From NCBI GenBank assembly GCA_047233565.1, contig JBKSUH010000001.1, positions 1-52,992 of the forward strand: 52,992 bases of DNA. Reading direction: 5' to 3'. Made by a program: the position numbers and the translations under genes. This stretch comes from Alistipes sp. (lineage in GTDB: Bacteria > Bacteroidota > Bacteroidia > Bacteroidales > Rikenellaceae). The notes beneath the pieces were generated by a model, which searched no databases, had not been told where the DNA came from, and saw only the letters and a list, made by a program, of their open reading frames with translations. Position 1 is the stretch's first letter. The number at the start of each line of letters is the position of its first letter. Positions 46,616-52,992 of this stretch are shown piece by piece.

Positions 46616-47079
46616 TGCGCAGATTGCTTTTCCTCATGCCGATTCTCCTGTGCGCGGCCGTTTCCGCGCACGCGCAGTCGCTCGACGCCTTAGCAGCGTC
46701 TGGCGGAACCCACGCCCGGGGCGACGCTTTTCAACCGGGCGCAGGTCACCGTCACCGAGCATGACGACGCCGCGCGCGCCGTGGCCGACGCCGCGCGCGC
46801 CGGGCAGCGGCTCTATTTCGAGGGTTTCCACCGGGTCTGCGTCTTTTCGGACAAACGGCTGCGGCGCGCGACGGGGCTTTGCCGCCAAGCGCTGTTCGAG
46901 GAGACTTATCCCGACGTGAAGGTTTACGTGGATTACGAGATTCCCTATTTCATCGTTTCGGCGGGCAACGCCTGACCAAGGAGGAGGCCATCATGCTCAA
47001 GGGGCGTGTGTCGGCGACCTTCCCGAAGGCTTTTCTCAAGCAGCTGAAGAGGAGAAATCCCCGATTTCCAACCTTTTGA
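46615..47079 (+). CDS. Hypothetical exported protein (possibly SPOR-like); frameshifted
   Basis: Signal MRRLLFLMPILLCAAVSAHAQ; fragments GFHRVCVFSD, YEIPYFIVSAGN and FPKAFL. Confidence 0.5.
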
Positions 47080-47116
47080 CCAATAAAAGTCCGGTTTCGA
47101 AAAATAATTCTTTTTC

Positions 47117-47147
47117 TTTGCTTTTCCCGGGCGAATATTTAACTTTG
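47117..47147 (+). promoter_or_regulatory. Consensus Bacteroidota promoter
   Basis: TTTG (47117-47120), 19-nt spacer, TAACTTTG (47140-47147). Confidence 0.85.
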
Positions 47148-47186
47148 CGGCGTTACGGAACAATTAACAATTAAATGTTTAACGCC

Positions 47187-47425
47187 ATGAAAAAGATTGT
47201 CTCTTTGTCATCGTCCTGGCTGCCGTCGCAATGGTAGGCTGCTGTGGAAATTCGAACAAGAAGGCTGCCGAGGGCGCTGCCGCCGCTGCCGCTACCGAAG
47301 CTTCGGCTTGCGCAAACTGCGCCGAGAAGTGCGATTCGACGGCTGCATGCTGCGCCGAGAAGGCCGATTCGACCAAGGCCTGCTGCGAGAAATCGTGCTG
47401 CGAGAAGGCCGAGGCAAACAAGTAG
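47187..47425 (+). CDS. Small Cys-rich lipoprotein (1-nt deletion in the signal peptide)
   Basis: MKKIVSL[F]IVLAAVAMVG-CCGNSNKK...CANCAEKCDSTAACCAEKADSTKACCEKSCCEKAEANK*; own promoter and terminator. Confidence 0.8.
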
Positions 47426-47446
47426 TCGCCGGTTAGGTTTGAGAGT

Positions 47447-47472
47447 GAGGAGATTCTTCGAATCCCCTTTTT
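47447..47472 (+). terminator. Intrinsic terminator after the Cys-rich lipoprotein
   Basis: GAGGAGATTC-TTC-GAATCCCCTT then TTT. Confidence 0.7.
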
Positions 47473-47565
47473 GTCGCTGCACGGAATTGCCGTGCGGTTT
47501 TAGATTCGGCGCGAATGTGTACGGGAGTGAAAAAATGGTTATTTTTGCATGAAATACCCGCAATT

Positions 47566-48166
47566 ATGAAAGTATTGCTTATAAACGGCAGCCCCCACAG
47601 GGAGGGGAACACTTTTATCGCCTTGTCCGAGGTTGCCCGGACGCTCGAAGCGGAAGGCATCGGGGCGGAGATCGTCCACATCGGGACGAGGGCCATGCAG
47701 GGTTGTATCGCCTGCGGGAAATGTGCGGAACTGGGGCATTGCGTCTTTTCCGATGCCGTGTATACCGCCGTGCGGGAGAAGCTTGCCCAGGCCGACGGCC
47801 TTGTGGTCGGCTCGCCGGTCTATTATGCCGGGCCGAACGGTTCGCTTTGCGCGCTGCTCGACCGCGTGTTTTATTCGTGCGGCCGCGATCTGGCCTACAA
47901 GCCTGCCGCAGCCGTGGCTGTCTGCCGCCGTGGCGGGGCGAGTGCGACGTTCGACCGCCTGAACAAGTATTTTACGATTTCGAATATGCCCGTCGTGTCG
48001 TCGCAATATTGGAACAGCGTACACGGACGGGTGCCGCGCGAAGCGCACGAAGATGCCGAAGGCTTGCAGACGATGCGGCTGGCGAGGAACATGGCGGATG
48101 CTGGGCCGGCGTCGGCCCGTCTGGCCCCGGAACCCGAAGAACGGGTCGGACGATTTCATCCGCTGA
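47566..48166 (+). CDS. Flavodoxin-family protein (iron-sulfur flavoprotein / NADPH-dependent FMN reductase-like)
   Basis: MKVLLINGSPHREGNT, GCIACGKC.....C, GSPVYY and RRGG; 3' end reconstructed ...DFIR*. Confidence 0.88.
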
Positions 48167-48243
48167 CCGCCGCGGGGCGGATGAACGGAAAAAGAGCGCC
48201 TATTTGCAGAATCGGAAATATTGTGTACTTTGGGGCACCTTTC

Positions 48244-48323
48244 GGAAAGATGCAGGAGTGGTTGAACTGGCCCGCCTGAAAGCGAGTAAACCCTAAAGGG
48301 TTTCAGGTTCGAATCCCTTTCCG
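48244..48323 (+). tRNA. tRNA-Ser (anticodon NGA; first anticodon base and several 3' bases apparently deleted)
   Basis: GGAAAGA acceptor 5' arm, D-arm TGCAGGAGTGGTTGAACTGG, loop CT-GA-AA, long variable arm AAACCC-TAAA-GGGTTT, GGTTCGAATCC, TTTCCG. Confidence 0.85.
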
Positions 48324-48330
48324 CAGAGGC

Positions 48331-48369
48331 GAAACCGGGCTGCAAGCGATCTTGCAGCCCGGTTTCTTT
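48331..48369. terminator. Terminator downstream of the tRNA, shared with the convergent gene
   Basis: GAAACCGGGCTGCAAG-CGAT-CTTGCAGCCCGGTTTC-TTT. Confidence 0.9.
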
Positions 48370-48380
48370 GCGGTTCAGGG

Positions 48381-48741
48381 TCAGTCGACGCGGGTTTTCC
48401 GGCCGGGTGCTCCGTCTCTTTCGCGCACGACGGCGAGCAGTTCCTCGACGATTGCGGTCAGCGTCCACGAGGCGTCAGTCGCGCGTGCAGGCGGTCGCAC
48501 GCGAGCCGGATGGCGCGAGCAGTTTCAGCGATCAGGATGTACGGCGGCAGCTTGAGTTTCGAGATGTCGTACTTCTCCTTGTTGAGGTAGTTCAGAACGT
48601 GTCGTAGGTCGTGCCTAACAGATACTTGCCGAAGGTCTCAGACCAGCTTGAGGTTACGGTTGGCATTTTCGCGCTCGAAGTGGAACGATTTGAGGCTTGC
48701 GCAATCAGAATGCGCCATTTCAGGTGTTCGGAAACGTACAT
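48381..48741 (-). CDS. Hypothetical protein of about 120 aa, broken by frameshifts and absent from the ORF track
   Basis: Reconstructed MYVSEHLKWRILIAQA.KSFHFERENANRNLKLV.ETFGKYLLGTTYDTF.NYLNKEKYDISKLKLPPYILIA...WTLTAIVEELLAVVREK...RKTRVD*. Confidence 0.6.
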
Positions 48742-49341
48742 ATTAAGCGGATTTTGATGGTTGATGGGAAGCCAACAGAATCTACCCGACTTACTGGAAC
48801 AGCGATGACGGATGGGATGATGAACGTGTGTTTACAGAGGCATTCGGAGTTTCGGAGGAGTCAGTCATATTGGCAGTTTTTGTTCTTCAAAGGGGTAATC
48901 TGAACAAAATGCAGATCGGAATTTGTGCGGGCAACTACAACCTTAACCCTTGGGTTTGTTTTCGTATTGAAAATTGTATTCTCGTAAATTGGTATTATAT
49001 GGCAGCTGCAAGCTGTCTCTTCTCCGTGCATTTGATGCTTGCGGAATGGCCGATAACCCGGGCGCCGCCGCGTTCCGGACCGGATGGTCGGAATGGTATG
49101 CGCAGATGTCCGATCGGTCTGTCCGGAACAGCCGCCGTCCGGGGACGTATGGGTATGGCGCAGTGGTAGCGATACGGCATGCCGCCGGGAATGGCGAAAG
49201 GATTTCTGCGAACGGAAGTGACGGCCGCGATTTCTGCGGACCGGAAAGGATCGAAGGGACGGATGCGGACGCCGAAGGGCGGCGTCCGAGGCCTTTGGCG
49301 CGGGTATGGCGGCGGGCGTCCTGCCTTGCCGGAGCGGACGT

Positions 49342-51642
49342 TTAGAACGGATACCCGATGGCCAGGTGGAATCCGAGACCGTCCTTGAAACTGAAATGTT
49401 GTAGTAGCCCTTCTTGTCCGGGTTCGATAGGGGGTGTGCAGGCCGATGCCGAGGTCGGCGCGGATGACCAGGTAACTGTCGTAGCGCAGTCCGAAGCCTG
49501 TTCCCAGCGCGATTTCATTGAGCAGCCCTTTCCATTTCAGTTCCGCACCGGGGCGTTTGGGGTCTTTTTTCAGCAGCCAGATATTCCCGGCGTCGAGGAA
49601 AACGGCGCCGTTCAGGCGTCCCATGATGCCGAAGCGGTATTCGACGTTGGCCTCCAGCTTGAAATCGCCCGTCTGGTCGAGATAGCCGTTGCGGTCGTTG
49701 GCCGGGGGACGGTAGCTGCCCGGCCCGAGCGACCGGATCGTGAAGGCGCGGATGCTGTTGGCTCCGCCGATATAGAACTGTTCGCTGTAGGGCATCACTT
49801 CGAGTTGCCGTAGGCGTATCCCACTCCGACGAGAAACGGGTGGCCAGCCAGTTGTTGCGGCGTCCGATGCGGTGGTAGAACTTCACTTCGCTCACCTCCT
49901 TGACGAACTGCGAGAAGCGGTTGCCGAACAAATGCTGCGGCTGTTTGCTGCCGAACAGGCTCAGGACGCCCGAAAGGATGTTTCCGGCCGAGGTGACGCT
50001 GTTCTGCCAGTAGAAACGGCGGTTGCCGGTGCGCCGTAGGTTTTGTCGAAGGTGTAGGTGTAGTTGATCGACGGAACGAACTGGTTGCGGAAACTCATGG
50101 CGATCGCCGGATTCTCGTCCATCGTCTTGTCGAAAGCTTCGGTCGTGTGCAGCAGTTTGTTGTAGGTCAGCTTGAATACGGTCAGCGAATGGCGGCTGTA
50201 GGGCGAAGTCTGGAAATTGTAGCCCGCCGAGCCGCTGAAGGCGATCAGCCGGAAGAAGCTGGGGCGGTTCATCAGGTCCACGCCCAGCTGGAACGTCGTG
50301 CTGCCGGGGTATCTCAGCCTGCGCGTTGCGAACGACGGCAGCAGCAGCCGCGGAATGTTGAGGTTGGCGTTCAGCCCCAGTTCGTAGGAGTTGAGCCGCG
50401 ACGAACGGCCCCCGGAGTTCTTGTTGCCCGTCTGCCATTCGTACGAGCCGTTCAGCTTCACGGCGAGCACCTCGCCGCCCGGAACAGGTTGTTGTTGCTG
50501 ACCTTGAAGGTGATGCCGGGGCCGATGAAGCTGTTCGACTTCGAGGTTACGTCCGTTTCCAGGGCGGCTTCCAGCGGATAGTCGAACTGCGCGTCGATGG
50601 CGACGTCCAGCGTGTCGGAGCCCCGCAGCGAGTCGAGCGGCGTGACGCTCAGGTTGACGGAACGGAAAATGCCCAGCTTGTTGAGGTCGGTCTGCGTGCG
50701 GTTTTGGGCATCTACCGTGAAGAGTTGCCCGCTTCGGAGTGTGAGGGCCCCGGACAGGATCCTGGGGCGGATTTTCATCGGCTTCTGGGCGATGACCCGC
50801 ACGTCCCGCAGGCGGAACGTATCGGCCGGACCGGGTTTGATGTTGGTGAGGCGGACCGTGATGTCGCCCACGCGGTAGGGTTTGAGGGCCACCTCCGGGA
50901 CGTTCGGTTTGAGGTTCAGCCGCAGGTCGACCGTCGCCGTTCGACGGTCGTGTCGGCGAGGTATTCCATGTATTCGGGCCGGAAATAATATAGCCCCTGT
51001 TGCGCAGCAGCTGTGATATGCGCTTGCGTTCGAGCGTCAGCGAGTCCATGTTGTACTGCGCCCCGACCCGCAGCAGGGAGGTCGCCCGCATGCTGTCGAT
51101 CAGGGCTGCAGGCCGCCCCCGGCCTGCGGGTAGGAGATGTTCGAGTAGTACCACGGCGGCGCTATGCCGAGCGTATAGTACACCTTTGCCTTCCGCCCGT
51201 GTTTGCGGTAGAGCAGGGAGTCTGCGGCGTGCGAGCCGAAATAGCCGTAATTTTCGAGCACCTGTTCCGCGACCTTCGTCCGGAGCCGGGGCTGTACCTT
51301 CGAGATCAGCACGGGCTGTTTGGCCAGCCGTTTGAATAACCAGTATTTGAATCCCTTTTGCCTGGGCGTGTAGAGGTAGTTGTAGGCCCACAGCCCGATC
51401 GGCAGCGGGGTGCGGATATAGGGGCTGTAAAGCGGGTTGTTCGGGGCGACCGACAGCGGTTCCTTCACGGCCGATTCGGCTGCGGCGGAGAGCACGACGC
51501 CCGAGTCGGGTTCGATCCGGATTTTCTTCACGCCCGTATACAACACCTCGTCCGACCCCAGCCGGCGGGTGGTGGAGCAGGCCGCTACCGACAGCACGGC
51601 GCAAACCAGGATGCAGGTATTTCTAATGTGTGCCGGCCTCAT
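49342..51642 (-). CDS. tamL: Omp85/BamA-TamA family outer-membrane lipoprotein (TamL-like); frameshifted
   Basis: Lipobox LSVAAC; QFYIGGANSIRAF, EANVEYRF, FLDAGNIW and GFGLRYD; C-terminal FHLAIGYPF. Confidence 0.88.
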
Positions 51643-52992
51643 CTCGTTTCTGTTTTTTCGCTTTGGGTTTCGTCGACTTGAACAGGTCGCCCAGCCTCAG
51701 CAGTTTTTTCCGGATCACGAAGCCCACGCCCGTTTCGGTGATTTCGCCTTCGAGGATGCTTTCATACCCGGTGTGGCGGAATACTTTCAGGTACATGTTG
51801 TCGCGCTTGGTCAGCATGTATTCCAGCGAAATGTCGTCGATCAGGTTCTCCTTGAGGTTCTGCGACGGGTCGGCGTCCGTGCTGAACTTGCCTCCGATGA
51901 CGGCGCGCACGCGGTTGCTGAACAGGTTTTTGGACAACCGGTAGGAGTAGTCGGTGCGCTGGCCGTTGGGGTCGTCCTCGCCGTAGGAGTTGATGCCGAA
52001 GCTCAGGTCTACGCCCTTCAGGTTGTTCTGCGCCCACTGGTTCAGCTCCTTCTGGATAAACGAGTTGAGCGGGTTCTCAGAGCTGACCTTCGCCGTGGTT
52101 CCGGGGCCCGTGTAGGTGTTGTAGATGAGCAGGTTCATCGCCTGATTGGCCCGCTGTTCGGCCGTCAGCGAATTGAGCTGGTTCTGCATCGTGAGGTCTT
52201 CGGGGGCGGACAGTCCGAAGCTGACTTCGAGGTCGTTCAGCGTATTGCGGATATTGATGGAGATGTTGAAATTCACCGAGCGCGAATCCTGCCCGTCCGC
52301 GGAGACTGGCCCGGACGGTTCGACCGCCGTAATGTTGAAGGCCGGGTCGGCGACGTTTCCGACCCAGTCTACATAGCTGTCCGGCGTGATCTTGAAGATT
52401 TTTTGGGAGATGATGGGCGGATTGTAGCGTACGCTTCCGCCCGAGAGCACGTATTTCCCCGACAGGCGGACGTCGCCCAGCGGGTTCATGGTATAGGTCA
52501 GGTTGCCGCCTCCCTTCAGGTCGATCTGGTTGTTGCCGTCCGCCGAAAGGTCTACGGCCGCCTGTACGTCGTTGTTGATGTCGACATTCACCAGCACGTC
52601 CATGCCTCCGATGCGTATTGCCTGCGATGTCTCTTCCTGTCCCTGGGAGTCCATTTCCCGGAACGAGACGAACGTCACGATGTTTTGCGGACGCTCCTTC
52701 GCGTCCATCGGGGAGTCCTGCATGACGTAGTTGATGTCCGTTCCGCCCAGCAGGGCCACGTTGCCGCGGACGACGAGTTCGTTCAGGGGGCCTTTGGCCA
52801 TCGCGTCCAGGTCGAGGTAGGCCTTTCCGTAGACGGCCGTACCCTCCTTCCGGGCTACGTCGACTGCCTGGAAATCCGACGCCCGGAGCGCGAGGTCGGC
52901 CGTCATGCGGCTGAAGTCGGCCAGGTCGGCCTCGCCGACGATCGTCAGCGGCTTGCTGTTCGGGGCGAGGAGCGTGTAGTTGTCGAATATGA
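51623..52992 (-). CDS. tamB: Translocation/assembly module TamB-like protein (C-terminal DUF490 region; 5' part outside window)
   Basis: Open frame to the window edge; LKGGGNL, KNLFSNRVRAVIGG, DDISLEYML and ETGVGFVIRKK; adjacent to the TamA-family gene. Confidence 0.87.
   Translation of the reverse strand, partial: IFDNYTLLAPNSKPLTIVGEADLADFSRMTADLALRASDFQAVDVARKEGTAVYGKAYLDLDAMAKGPLNELVVRGNVALLGGTDINYVMQDSPMDAKERPQNIVTFVSFREMDSQGQEETSQAIRIGGMDVLVNVDINNDVQAAVDLSADGNNQIDLKGGGNLTYTMNPLGDVRLSGKYVLSGGSVRYNPPIISQKIFKITPDSYVDWVGNVADPAFNITAVEPSGPVSADGQDSRSVNFNISINIRNTLNDLEVSFGLSAPEDLTMQNQLNSLTAEQRANQAMNLLIYNTYTGPGTTAKVSSENPLNSFIQKELNQWAQNNLKGVDLSFGINSYGEDDPNGQRTDYSYRLSKNLFSNRVRAVIGGKFSTDADPSQNLKENLIDDISLEYMLTKRDNMYLKVFRHTGYESILEGEITETGVGFVIRKKLLRLGDLFKSTKPKAKKQKRDEAGTH

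Noticed and set aside
48244..49340. Integrative element at tRNA-Ser
   Set aside because: No integrase and no duplicated tRNA 3' end (att) in the window

Overview
Chromosomal core region of a high-GC Bacteroidota, most consistent with Alistipes/Rikenellaceae. This is inferred from the rpsL-rpsG-fusA-rpsJ order without tuf, the SusC/SusD pair, TAnnTTTG promoters, SD-less A-rich starts and TamL/TamB. The sequence has many small deletions that frameshift even essential genes, which points to unpolished long-read errors, so gene boundaries below are reconstructed across frames. 1-18701 holds the str/S10/spc/alpha ribosomal super-operon. It is interrupted between rpsN and rpsH by an 826-bp non-coding insert containing a terminator-like hairpin, about 590 nt of nearly back-to-back G.U-rich hairpins, a new promoter and a ~160-nt leader. 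18761-19073 is a 21-bp tandem repeat that starts in the 3' arm of the rplQ terminator. 19211-35841 is a divergent SusC/SusD locus with no recognisable CAZyme. It encodes three different phosphoesterase folds, a lipoprotein TIM-barrel isomerase, an MFS transporter, an FAD oxidoreductase and an orphan ribulokinase, and is a candidate polyol-phosphate (teichoic-acid-like) utilisation system. 35930-52992 holds housekeeping and envelope genes (tpiA, lysS, PAP2, MBOAT+SGNH, Zn peptidase, SDR, LolC/E-like, menG/ubiE, flavodoxin-like, tRNA-Ser, tamL, tamB) plus a small lipoprotein with 11 Cys. No CRISPR array, IS or integrase was found.
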